From Dendrobates tinctorius (taxonomy: Eukaryota), in NCBI RefSeq assembly GCF_039654945.1, contig NW_027361924.1:9920001-9984000 (forward strand): a stretch of 64,000 nt of DNA, read 5' to 3'. The notes under the pieces are model-generated. The model ran no database searches. It had not been told where the DNA came from and saw nothing but the letters and a program-made list of their open reading frames with translations. Both the position numbers and the translations under genes were made by a program. Each line of letters begins with the position of its first letter. Positions within the stretch are counted from its first letter, which is position 1. Below are positions 35,240 through 47,849 of the stretch, piece after piece.

Positions 35240-36900
35240 GAATTGTGTAAATACTGTGCTACTGTAGAGGTCTATGATTATCGCTGTAATCGCACTGACC
35301 CGAAGAATAAAGTCACCTCATCACTAATACCGCACAAGGAACAGCGTAAAAAAATAAATAAAACCAATTCTTCACCTGCTGTTCAATTTTTTATTCTGCC
35401 TCCCAAAGATCGCAGTAAGGCTTTGCGCATATTTATCCTGCGCTCTGCACTGAGCACTTGCATTGGGGATTGTGCTTAATTCTTGCAAAAATGTGATTCA
35501 GACAGAACCTCTGGCAGAAGATTCTCTATAATGAGGCAGATGGAGGCACTGTGCATGCCATCTGACGAGTGATCCGGCAGTGCCCATGATTTTAGGATTG
35601 CAAAAGAGTGCTGTTGGTCACAGTTTTGTGCACGTCTGAAAAGAAGGACACCATTGAACAGAGGCCATAAGGAGTCCAGAGTAACTCTGCTGCCTCATTG
35701 TAGTGAATGGACTCCTCGGGGGTGTCATCTGAATCATGTCACTCAGAGATTTAGATGGAAACCCCAAAGTAAGTGCTCAGCATAGAGCGCCGGATAAATG
35801 TGATCCTAAATGTTATGTAAAATGTTCCCAATAAAAGCTTCCACTCAATCCATAAAAAAGCAAGCCCCACTCAGGTCTGACATCTGTTAATGGAAATATA
35901 GGGGGCTTCCACATTACTGGTGGCACAAAGGCTCTGGAAAAGCGAAATGCCTCCTCACCTGCCAAAAGAAATTCAGCAAATTATCCCAAATTCAAATGCC
36001 CCCCTCCCTTCTGAGCCCCAGTGTGCCTAAACCACATATAGCGCCCACAAGTTTGGCATTTCTGTAGTGATGAGACCCTGCTTAACTTGCTGGTGCATGT
36101 CTCCAGAAGCACAGGCTGGGTATAATGTACTGGTGACTGCAACGTACTGGTCACTACAATGTACTGGTCACTACAATGTACTGGTCACTACAGCGTACTG
36201 GTCACTACAATGGCAGTTTGTAATTTTCACTTGACAACATTCATTGCTGCTAGTTTCCTGAAAATACCCATGGAGTTTAAATTGTCACTACATCTGTAGA
36301 TAAATTCCCCAAGGGGTATAGTTTCCCAAATGGGGTCACTTGAGGGGGGATTCTGCTCTTCTAGCAATTAGGGGCTCTGTATATGGAGTCCGCAAACTTC
36401 TAGGAAAATCTGCGCTCCAGGAGGCAAATAGCACTACGTCCCTCCCGAGTCTCTCCGTATGGCTAAGTAGTACTGTACAGCCACATATTGGGTATTGCCA
36501 CGTTCAGTAGAAATTGTGAGACAAATTTTGTTGCCATTTTTACCCAATTGTGTGAAAATGTAAAATCTAGGGCTAAAACCAAATTTTGGTGGTAAAAATG
36601 TAGTTATTTTGTCTTCACTGCTCAATGGTATAAAATTCTGTGACACACCTGTGGTGTCAATATGATCACTGCACCCCTAGAAGAATTCACTGAGAGATGT
36701 AGTGTGTAAAATGGGGTCACTTATGGGGGGGTTCTGCTGTTCTGGCCCCTCATGAGCGCTGCCAGTGGGTCATATCACCTGCAAACCATAACAGTAAAAT
36801 CTGGCGCTCCTTGCCTTCTGAGCTTTGCGCTGTGCCTGAAAAATATTTCCCGATTACATGAAGGGTGTAGGCGCACTCAGCAAGAAATGGGCCTCAGTTT
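35240..36900. mobile_element. Internal remnant of a long non-autonomous DNA transposon with a nested palindromic MITE (~35418-35805) and an 18-bp repeat (36130-36210)
   Basis: Inverted arms atttatcctgcgctctgcactgagcact / agtgctcagcatagagcgccggataaat; (gtactggtcactacaat)n; internal duplications of aaatggggtcactt. Confidence 0.5.
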
Positions 36901-38167
36901 GTTGTAACTTTGTAATCTTCTCATTCACTGCAAATCAAATTTTAGCCTCAGAGAGTAAATAAGTATTTACAAATGTACTAACAGCGAGCAGACATACTGT
37001 AGTGAAGCATATATACAGCGTCTATAGTCAATATTAGTGTCTCTAACCTGGAGTGTAACCATGAAGCCTTTGTCATGATCTGCTTAGTTCATGGGATTAG
37101 GTAGTTCAGAGGTTAATCTGGACAGCCTCACTCTAAGATTCTGGAGGCTTTTTATAGCCTCATTGTGGGCTCATTCCTCGTTGCTTATACTCAGATCCTT
37201 GGCCGAGTGTGTGACCCTGGTGTGCTTTGTGACTGTGATACTTTATGCTTGTTTGGTTTTGATCCGGTTCTGTCCCTGTTATGAGTTCTGCCTGTTCCTT
37301 TTTGTACTGCATTGCTATCTCTGTGTATGACTCATTGCTTACGTTCTGACTATTCTCTGCTTGCCTCTCTGGTACCACGCCACCCTCTCTGTGTATGACC
37401 CCCCCATTTGTCTGACCTGAGTTTCCCTAGTGTCACGTCGGCGGTGGTAGCTGCCGCCGTCCGAGCAGCGGCGGGGCCCGCCGCCGCCTATACTCACCGG
37501 TGCTCACCACGCCGCACTGTGCCTGCCTCCTCCTCGTTCTCATCAGTCAGGCGCGTGCCTGCTTCGTGCGGGCGCCTTAAGCCGCGGGCGCGCGCTCTGC
37601 AAGTCTATTAACCCTGCAGCACCCGCCCAGAAGCCTGAGCGCCCAATCAGCCAGCAGCACGGGGTATATCAGGCGTCTCCAGCATGGTGGAGATTATCGT
37701 GTGCCTTTCCTTACGGTATCCTGGCCAAGTGTTTAGGGGTTTCCCCTTCACACTCTCTCTCTCTCTAGTCCTGTACTCCGTGTCTCCGTCCTGCACTCCA
37801 GTGCCAAGTCCTGTACTCCTTGTCTCCGTCTTGCACTCCAGTGCCCAGTCCTGTACTCCGTGTCTCCGTCCCGTACTCCGCTCTCTGTGCCTGGTCCTGT
37901 ACTAAGTGTTTCCGTCCTGCACTCCACTCTGTACTTCCTACTCCATTCTGCATTCCATTCTCAGTCCTGTACCCCTCACTCAGTCCTTTGAGCCGCCCCT
38001 CTTGGTTCTAGCAGTCGCGGCATCTGTCTTCCGAGGGTCTGCGCCTAACGGCCCCTGTATAGGGGTCGGCACCACCTGGCGCGCTCACCCCCAGGAGCTC
38101 CAGTGCCGCGATCCAGAGGGTCCACTCTCGGACATAACCTACCTGGCAGTCACAGTATAATCAGGCC

Positions 38168-39192
38168 ATGGACCCTGCTAGCGCCTCGGCGGCCACCCAG
38201 AAAGAATTGCTCTTTTTGCGTGAAAATCAAACCAGAATAATGTCCTTTATGAAATCCATGGACACCCGCCTTTCCGCATTACAAACTACCGATCCGGGGA
38301 ATGCCCGTTACTAGCGGGACTCCAGCAGGAGCTCGCGCAGCAGCGTGACGCTCAGTCCCATATTCTGAGCTACATGGCATCCGTGGACTAACGACTCCAG
38401 TCCCTACAGTCCTCTGCTGCCGCTTCAGCTCTACCTCGGGACCCCCTATCCCATCCGCCACCACGCTTGGAGAAACCTCCCAGGTTTAGTGGCGACCCCA
38501 AGTTGTGTCGGGGGTTTTTAAACCAGTGCCGCTTGCACTTCGAGCTCCTACCTCAGCAATACCCCTCTGATCGGGCCAAGGTAGCTTTCATTGTGTCCCA
38601 TCTTGAGGGGGAGGCCTTAGCGTGGGTAAATCCCCTGTGGGAGAGAGATGACCCGGTGGTATCAAGCATCCACAACTTCCTAGATACTTTTCGCAGGGTA
38701 TTTGATGAGCCTGGCCGTGTGGCCTCCACCACTGAGGCTCTTTTCAATCTTCACCAAGGTTCTCTCACCGTAGGACAGTATGCCATCCGCTTCCGGACAT
38801 TGTCCTCTGAACTGGGGTGGAATAATGAGGCTTTGGTTGGGGCCTTTTGGAGGGGATTCTCCGGTAAAATAAAGGATGAGCTTGCCGGCTGAGACACTCC
38901 TACCACTCTGGAAGATCTTATATCCCTAGCTACCCATATAGATTTACGGTTTCAGGAACGCACCCGGGAGTCAGTTAGGGAGAAGAGATCTTTTAGGCTA
39001 TACCAAGCGCCCATTCCCCGCTCTCCGGCATCTTCTAGTAATTCCACTCCCGAGCCCATGCAAGTGGAACGAGTAAGGTTGTCCGAGCAAGAACGCAGGG
39101 AGAGAAGGACGCAGGGCCTATGCCTTTATTGTGGTGGGGCTAATCATTTTGTGCGTACTTGCCCAGTGCGGCCGGGAAACGCCTCCGCCTAG
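38168..39192 (+). pseudogene. gag: sushi-like gag (PEG10/RTL-related) with stops and a frameshift
   Basis: PPRFSGDPKLCRGFLNQC, LHQGSLTVGQYAIRFR, PEPMQV, CLYCGGANHFVRTC; GGGAAAC -1 slippery site at 39174-39180. Confidence 0.9.
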
Positions 39193-42100
39193 GCCAGGTA
39201 AGAGAGGCCTTCCTAGGTGACACCAATTCCTCTCTGCCCCTTACCATTTCGGCTTTAATTGTTTTAGGTCGGGAGCGCACATCTGTGGAGGCGTATGTGG
39301 ACTCGGGTGCGGCTGGTAACTTCATCCGGCTCAAAGAAGTGGACCAGCTCCGGATTCCGGTTGTTACATTAGAGAATCCACGCTCCATCGCCTCCGTGGA
39401 TGGCAAACCACTACCTGAACCCATCACCATGGTCACTGTCGAGGTGGAGATACAAGACAAGTTGGTGTTCTTCACCGAGAAAAAATCGCCTTTTATGTTT
39501 TGCCCAGTTTGTCCCACGCCGTGCTCCTCGGTTTACCCTGGCTTCGCCTACATGAGCCCGTTCTAGACTGGTGTTCCGGGGAGATCCTCCACTGGGGACA
39601 CTTCTGCCATGAACGCTGTCTGTTGCCAGTATCTCACCCAAGTCTGCAGCACGCTCCTATCGATCTTCCTGGGCTTCCTACGGCTTACCACTTGTACGCC
39701 GACGTCTTCAGTAAGAAGGAGGCTGAGACACTACCGCCGCATCGTGCCTTCGACTGCCCAATTGAGCTGATGCCAGGAGCGATTCCTCCCAGGGGAAGAA
39801 TTTATCCTCTGTCTCCGGCAGAAACCGCGGCCATGTCTGAATATATCCAGGAAAACTTGGCTCGGGATTTTATTCGGAAGTCATCTTCTCCTGCTGTAGC
39901 AGGGTTCTTTTTCGTCCGGAAGAAAGACGGATCCCTTCGGCCATGTATTGACTACCGAGGCCTGAACAGTATCACGGTCAAAAATAGGTATCCCCTTCCG
40001 CTGATCCCAGAACTCTTTGATCGCTTGAGAGGGGCCCAGATCTTTACCAAATTGGATCTGCGGGGAGCCTATAACTTGATCCGAATCCGTACCGGGGATG
40101 AATGGAAGACGGCCTTCAATACTCAAGACGGCCATTACGAGTATTTGGTTATGCCTTTTGGTCTCTGTAATGCCCCGGCGGTTTTCCAGGAGTTCGTTAT
40201 TGAGATCTTTCGAGACCTACTCAACTCATGTGTCGTCGTATATCTAGAAGACATACTCATCTTTTCCCCTGACCTATCCACTCACAGAAGGAGTGTTCGG
40301 CTGGTTCTGCAACGTCTACGGGAGAACAGACTCTACGCTAAACTAGAAAAATGTCTGTTCGCGCAAACGCCATTGCCCTTCCTAGGGTATATCATCATGG
40401 ACTCCGGAGTAAAGATGGACCCAGAAAAATTGTCTGCTGTGCTCAAATGGCCACGTCCGGTTGGAGTAAAAGCCATCCAACGGTTCCTGGGTTTTGCGAA
40501 CTATTACAGACAGTTCGTTCCCTTCTTCTCCTCGGTGACCAAGCCCATCTCTGCTTTGACCCGGAAAGGGACCAAACCAAATACCTGGACTCCAGAGGCT
40601 GAAGAGGCCTTTCTTGCCTTGAAACGGTCTTTTGCTACTGCTCTGATTTTACATCAGCCGTTAGTCAATAGGCCCTTCATCCTAGAGGTGGATGCCTCCT
40701 CTACTGGTGTGGGAGCGGTCCTCTCTCAGCCGACAACTTCTGGTCAAGTGGTGCCTTGTGGGTACTTCTCTAAATCATTCTCTCCCGCAGAATGCAATTA
40801 TGCAATTGGAGACCGGGAATTACTGGCCATTAAGATGGCTTTGGAGGAGTGGCGGTATCTTTTAGAGGGGGCAGTTCATCCATTCATAATTTTCACGGAC
40901 CACAAGAATTTGCTGTATCTTCAGTCTGCGCAAAGGCTCAACTCCAGGCAAGCCAGGTGGTCGCTATATTTCCCCCGGTTTGACTTCAAACTTCATTTTC
41001 GACCTGGGGACAGAAGCATCAAGGCAGATGCTCTATCCAGGTCCCTACAGTCACCTGAGGTTGAGGAGGGTTTGTCTCACATCACTGAGCCTGCCAAAGT
41101 TATCACCATGGCGCCCGTGACGCTCTCCCCCATTCCGCCAGGCAAGACCTTCGTCCCACAGAATAAGAGGTCGGAAGTCCTGGATTGGGGGCATTCCTCC
41201 AAGATTGCAGGTCACGTCGGGGTCAAGAAGACCCTTAGCCTTCTTTCGCGCTACTATTGGTGGTCTTCCCTTCGCCAAGATGTGACTGATTTTATAGCCT
41301 CCTGCACGACTTGTGCTCTGAACAAGGTGCCAAGAAGTCTGCTGTCCGGTCTGCTCCACCCTCTGCCTCCTCCTGAAGCCCCTTGGTGACAGATTGGTAT
41401 GGATTTCATTACCGATCTACCACGTTCTTCCGGGTGTACTACCATCTTAGTAGTGGTCGATCGCTTCTCCAAAATGGCCCATTTCATCCCACTGCCCGGA
41501 TTACCTACGGCATCTGAGCTGGCCGAGGTCTTCATACACCAGATCTTTAGGCTTCACGGACTCCCTCAACGAATTGTCTCCGATCGAGGGGTCCAGTTTA
41601 CCTCCCGTTTTTGGAGGGCACTCAGCAAGCTCATGGGTATATCTCTGGACTTCTCCTCTGCATATCATCCTCAGTCCAATGGGCAGGTGGAACGGATCAA
41701 TCAGGTATTAACAGCCTGCCTGCGTCACTTCTCTAACGCCCATCAAGACAACTGGGTGTCTCTTCTGCCGTGGGCAGAGTTCGCCCACAACAACCATCCT
41801 AATGAGTCCACCACCAAAACGCCGTTCTTTGTGGTTTCCGGCCAGAACCCTGGTGTTCCACTACCTTTCTCTACGCCATCTGGTGTTCCCGCAGCAGATA
41901 CCCTCGCTACCGAATTTTCTCAAGTCTGGAAGGAGACCAGAGAGGCACTTGAAAGATCCAGTATTCGGATTAAGAGACATGCAGACAAGAGGCGCAGGGA
42001 TCTTCCGCCATACCAACCTGGCGACAAAGTTTGGCTGTCAACTAAGCATATCCGCTTGAAGATACCTTCTTACAAACTGGGTCCTCGGTACATCGGCCGT

Positions 42101-42443
42101 TCGAGGTTCTGGGACGCATTAACAATGTGGCTTATAAATTGAGGTTGCCGGCTTTGCTTCGGGTCCCTAACGCCTTCCATGTCTCGCTCCTCAAACCTGT
42201 TGTTCTGAATCGGTATCACTCAGTCCCACCTCCTTCCCCTCAGCCAGTAGGGGCCGATAACGTCTTTGAGGTGAAAGAAATTCTTGCCATGAAAAAAGTT
42301 CGGGGGCGTACCCTCTTCCTCATTGATTGGAAGGGTTTCGGTCCTGAAGAGAGGTCCTGGGAACCCAAGGAGAATGTTAATGCTCCTCTTCTTTTAAGGA
42401 GGTTTTTGTCCAACCTCAGGAGAGGGAGACGTAAGGGGGGTAC
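39174..42443 (+). pseudogene. pol: sushi-like pol (PR-RT-RH-IN-chromodomain), disrupted
   Basis: YVDSGAAGNF; RT with YLED replacing YLDD; RH EVDASS; IN VSDRGVQF; chromodomain FEVKEIL...LIDWKGFGPEERSWEP. Frameshifts at ~39450-39500 and ~42100; stop at 41389. Confidence 0.93.
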
Positions 42444-44099
42444 TGTCACGTCGGCGGTGGTAGCCGCCGCCGTCCCAGCAGCGGCAGGGCCCGTCGCCTA
42501 TACTCACCGGCGCTCGCCACACCGCACTGTGCCCGCCTCCTCCTCGTTTTCATCAGTCCGGCGCGTGCCTGCTTCGTGCGGGCACCTTAGGCCACGGGCA
42601 CGCGCTCTGCAGGTCTCTTAACCCTGCAGCGCCCGCCCAGAAGCTTGAGCACCCAATCAGCCAGCAGCACGGGGTATATCAGGCGTCTCCAGCATGGTGG
42701 AGATGCCTGATTATCGTTTGCCTTTCCTTACGGTATCCTGGCCAAGTGTTTAGGGGTTTCCCCTTCACACTCTCTCTCTCTCTAGTCCTGTACTCCGTGT
42801 CTCCGTCCTGCACTCCAGTGCCCAGTCCTGTACTCCTTGTCTCCGTCCTGCACTCCAGTGCCCAGTCCTGTATTCTGTGTCTCCGTCCTGCACTCCAGTG
42901 CCCAGTCCTGTACTCCGTGTCTCCGTCCTGTACTCCAGTGCTCAGTCCTGTACTCCGTATCTCCGTCCTGTACTCCAGTGCCCAGTCCTGTACTCCGTGT
43001 CTCCGTCCCGTACTCCGCTCTCTGTGCCTGGTCCTGTACTCCGTGTTTCCGTCCTGCACTCCACTCTGTACTTCCTACTCCATTCTGCATTCCGTTCTCA
43101 GTCCTGTACCCCTCACTCAGTCCTTTGAGCCGTCCCTCTTGGTTCTAGCAGTCGCGGCATCTGTCTTCCGAGGGTCTGCCACTAACGGCCCCTGTATAGG
43201 GGTCGGCACCACCTGGCGCGCTCACCCCCAGGAGCTCCAGTGCCGCGATCCAGAGGGTCCACTCTCGGACGTAACCTACCTGGCCATCACATCTAGTCTT
43301 TACTCCTTTCTACCTTTGGTGTCGCAGGTCCTGTCTCGGAACTTTCCCTGCAGTATCGGACCCCGGGCTCTCCCGTAGCCTGGGTGAGTTACCCTGCTCA
43401 GCCATGGCAGTCAGCCGGCGCTGACAGGATCCTGATAGCCTTATAATTTTATTTTTTTTTAACTGTGTAACCATCAAGTTCTGTGCCTCTCTCCTGCGTG
43501 TTACTGTCAAGCTTATATGTTCTCAGCCGGCTGTAACTAACAAGCTGAGATGCTTCCAGTGAAATAATACCTGTTCCAGTTCTATGTGTCATTATTAACT
43601 GCGTCATCCTCCACTGTGGCCAATACCACAGTCTACCAGCCTAGCATTCACTGTTGTATATTTAATCAGTGGTCGGATGGCTTTCCCTCCTCCTTGGGTG
43701 TCAGCCATTCTTCAGTTTCTTCTTTACTAGCCACCGGCATGATGTTAGGCCGCTCAGCTTATATGATCATCAAACCAACCTACATGATGTCCTGGTGGAG
43801 CAATGTCCACTGTGGGGCCAGAAGCAGAGCAGGAGCAATTGCCTGCACTGACAGCTCCCGACAGTAATGCATTATCACATAATATTATAACTCAGGTGAG
43901 CATGAGCGCTTGAAGCTTTCCACTTACACAATTATAATTTTTACCTGCAATTGCCAATGGAGGAAACATATTGCATATTGTGAGGCAGTGAACGGAGTTA
44001 TATGCGAGGGTCGTGATGTGTCGTCCAGGATGTGCACAGCAGCATATTGAGGCCGCTGGTGTGCAGGTATAACTGTGATTGCAATGCAAAATAAAAGTA

Positions 44100-44262
44100 C
44101 AGTGGATACGGAAAGTATTCAGACCCCTTTAAATTTTTCACTCTTTGTTTCATTGCAGTCATTTGGTAAATTCAAAAAAGTTCATTCTTTTTCTCATTAA
44201 ATGCAGAATTTAATTTTTCTCATAAATGTAGAATTTTTTGCAAATTTATTAAAAAAGAAATA
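44100..44262 (+). mobile_element. Tc1 left-end fragment in the Gmr1 5' LTR
   Basis: ta|cagtggatacggaaagtattcagacccc; the TA site is present uninterrupted in the 3' LTR. Confidence 0.75.
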
Positions 44263-45461
44263 AGTGATGGCGGGAACAACCCCAATGGATGAAAAGTGGG
44301 GGTGGTGGGTATCCATGGGGAACTCCAGGAGTACCCGACCGCAGAGGTTATATTTTCCACACCATGTTGGGAAATAAAACATGTGGTGCGAGTGGTGAAG
44401 ACCCTTCCATATGGGACTGTGTTGGGAAGAGACTTGCCCCTATTCTGGTCCCTGTGGGAGACCAAGGTTAACTCTCCCAAGCTGAATGTTATTCTGGGCA
44501 CAGAACTCGAAGATCCAGAATCAGAGATACCTGCCATGGGGGTCACCAACCTAGAGACAGAGTGTAACCCCGATAGGTTTCCCCTAGAGGTGGTGGCAGG
44601 AGAGGTCGAGGAGACTCCACCGATCCCCGAGCTGGAAGTGTCCATTGGTAAGTTCGAGACAGCTAAGTTCCAGGATCCCACTCTGGCCAGGGCCCTAGAA
44701 AGAGTGGTAAAGGTAAAGGGAGTGGCTTAGGTGGAACAGCTGGTGGTGCCCCATTCCTACCATTGGGCGTTGCTCGACATGGCTCACACTCACATGCTGG
44801 GAGGGCACTCGGGGCCAAAAATATGCAGGAGCACATACTGGAGCTTTTTTTGGCCTGGGGTGTACGCGGAGGTCCAGAGGTACTGTGACACGTGTCCGGA
44901 GTGCCAACTAACCTCATCCACCATGAACTACCCAAGTCCATTGGTACCTCTGTCCATCATAGATGTACCATTTTAGTGGATAGCAATGGATCTGGTAGGG
45001 CCTATAGTGAAATCCGCTCATGGCCACCAACATATTTTGGTCATAGTGGACTACCCGGTACCCAGAGGCAATACCTCTCCGCCACACCTCAGCAAAACTA
45101 ATAGCCTGCAAGCTATTTGCCATGTTTTGTTGCCTTTGGCAACCTAAGGAGATCCTTACAGATCAGGGGACTCCTTTTATGTCCAAGGTGACCAGGGAGC
45201 TATGTAATCTGTTCCTGATCAAACAGCTACGCACATTGGTGTGCCACCCACAAACCGACGGGTTGGTAGAGAGGTTTAACAAGACCCTCAAATCCATGCT
45301 TAAGAAGGTGGTTTCCAAGAACAAGAGGGATTGGGACATGTTATTACCCTATCTAATGTTCGCTATCCGCGAGGTACCATAAGCGTCCACAATTTTTTCA
45401 CACTTAACTATTGTATGGCGGGCATCCTAGGAGTCTGCTGGAAGTAGCCAAAGAGACATGG

Positions 45462-47800
45462 TGTCATTCCCCTCATGTCTGTTATGCTGCATGAACCCTG
45501 GAGCAGTGTGCACGCGCACCTGATGACTGTTATGCTGCATGATCCCTGAAGCAGTGTACACGCTCACCTCAAGCCAGTTATTCTGCATGATCCCTGGAGC
45601 AGTGTGCACGCGCTCCTCATCTCATGGCTGCCTGCCGTTACTGGTGCGCACTAGTGCGCTACCTCATGGCTATACGCCATTGCTTGTGCGCACATGTGCT
45701 TCATCTCATGGCTGTGCGCCATCGCTAGTGTGCACGCGTACCTCACCATGGCTGCATGCCGTTGCTGTGCGCATGTGTGCTTTACCTCATGGCTGCATGC
45801 CGTTGCTGTGTGCGCACCCTTCTCTGCTCTGCCATGTGGTACTCTCTATGGTCCAGGAGGACCTGATCCAGCAATCCTCTCCTTAATCCTGGAGGACCCA
45901 ACCATGTGATCCTCTCTATGGTCCAGGAGGACCTGATCCAGCAATCCTCTCTTTGGTCCTGGAGGACCCGACCATGTGATCCTCTCTATGGTCCAGAAGG
46001 ACCTGACCCAGCAGTCCGCTCTATGGTTCTGGAGGACCTGACCCGGAAGTTCCCCTCATGGTCCTGACCCGGAAGTGCAGGTGCTAAGGTCCTATATCTG
46101 GTGTCTTGTCTTCGTCTGGTGTCCTCTACCTGGTCCTGTATCTAGTCTTGTGTGCCTTCCCTGTACTCTGTCTTATCGTGCTCCTTTAGCACAAGCTCTG
46201 CTCTTTCCTTCACTCTGTCCTATCGTGCTCTTTTGCACAAGCCTGTTTCCGTACTGTGCCTCGCCGTGCGTTCTGTACGCGCTTTGGCCATGTACTCTGC
46301 TTTAAGCCTTTTCTCTGTATTCTGACCTTCCGTGCTCCTTTAGCACCAGCCCTGTCTTCTACTCTGTGCTTTGCTAAATACCCGGCTCTGTGTTCTGGCA
46401 TACGCTCCACTTTTTCCTTGTACCTGGCTCTGTGCCTCAGCATATATTCCGCTACCTGTCTGTACTCTGCTCTATGTCTCTGACCCGGCTCTGGGCTCTA
46501 GCATACGCTCCGCTTCCCTTTCTTGTACCCGGCTCTGTGCTTCAGTCTACGTTCCGCTCCTTGTTCTGTAATTTGCCTTGCCATGTTTCTTCATGTGCCC
46601 TTTGCACGCGCCTGGCCGTCCCTCACCTGCCTGTTTGTGCCTCAGCCATGCCCACCTTGCTTGTGCCCGCCTGCTTGTGACTCAGCCGTGCTCATCGGCC
46701 ATTGACTTAGCTGTGTCCTCCTGTTGTGCCTCAGCCGTGCTCGCCTCAGTCGTGTCCGCCTGTCTGTTCCTCAGCCCGACCAGCTAGCTAGTGCCCCAGC
46801 CGTGCTCTCTGCGCTTCCTTGCACTCACGCTGCCCCCGCACTGTGCATTGCATGCCCTCTTGGCACGCGCAGGCCCTAGCATGCTCCTTGGCATACTTCC
46901 CTGTGTTTCTCTAAAGCACGCACAGGCCCTACCACGAACTCTGACGTGCCTCCTAGCACGCACAGGCCTTAGTCTGTACCCTGGCGTGCCCTCTAGCACA
47001 CACAGGCCCTAGCCTGAACCCTGGCGTGCCTCCTAGCATGCACAGGCCCTAGCCTGTAACCTGGTGTGCCCCCTAGCACACACCCTGCCTTGCACCCTGC
47101 CTTGGACCCTGGTGTGCCCCCTAGCATGCACCCTGCCTTGAACCCTGTCTTGGACGCTGGTGTGTCTCCTAGCATGCATCCTGCCTTGAACCCTGCCTTG
47201 GACCTTGGCATGTCTCCTAACACGCACCATATCTTGAACTCTGGCGTGCCTCCTTGCCTGAACTCTGGCTTGCCTGCCAGATGCCCGGAGCCTGCCGATC
47301 GCTGCCAGAGGTCCGGAGCCTGATGACTGCGGCCTGATGTCCACAGCCTGATGTCCGGAGCCTGTCGATCATTGCCAGATGTCCGGAGTCCGATGCCATC
47401 TAGCCCTTGCCGGAACCCTGGCGTGCCACCTAGTACATATCATGCCTTGGACCTTAGCGTGCCCACGCACGCACCTTGCTATGTATCACTTTGTCCTTGT
47501 TATCTCGTCCTGAACCTGATTAAACCCTGAGACCACGCTTTATTGAAGAAACCCTGTGACCACGCTTTGTCTTGTCTTGTACCCTGCACGTTCCCTGTTG
47601 CCTGACACTCGCACTTGTGTCTTCCTTGAGCCGGCCATCTGGTTCCAGCAGTCATGATGACTCACCCCCTTGGTCTTGCCCCTGACACTCCCTGTATAGG
47701 GGGTCCTTCCTCACAAGGTCAGCTTGCCCTAGGTGGGTGGGTGCCATGACCCAGAGGGTCCACGCTAATAATCGAATCAGCAGAAGCTGACTCTGTCACA
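45462..47800. mobile_element. 2.3-kb solo-LTR-like element built from several tandem arrays
   Basis: tgtca...tcaca termini, perfect 5-bp TSD CATGG; interrupts the integrase frame at KETW|EQE. Confidence 0.85.
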
Positions 47801-47849
47801 CATGGGAGCAGGAAACTACACCACGTAAAGTGTAATAGAACGCGTGGCC

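Larger units (their letters stand above)
37431..43291 (+). mobile_element. Full-length decayed Tf1/sushi-type chromovirus (Ty3/gypsy)
   Basis: LTRs 37431-38154 and 42444-43291; TSD cctag/tctag; PPT aagggggg; gag, PR, RT, RH, IN and chromodomain. Confidence 0.96.
37071..43437. mobile_element. Solo LTR (~500 bp) split by the sushi element (37071-37430 and 43297-43437)
   Basis: Termini tgtcatgatc ... gatcctgata form an imperfect inverted pair; 5-bp TSD GCCTT on both sides. Confidence 0.7.

Noticed and set aside
42679-43378. ORFs of 83-210 aa in the sushi 3' LTR
   Set aside because: Produced by the 40-bp array; the matching frame is interrupted by a stop in the 5' LTR.
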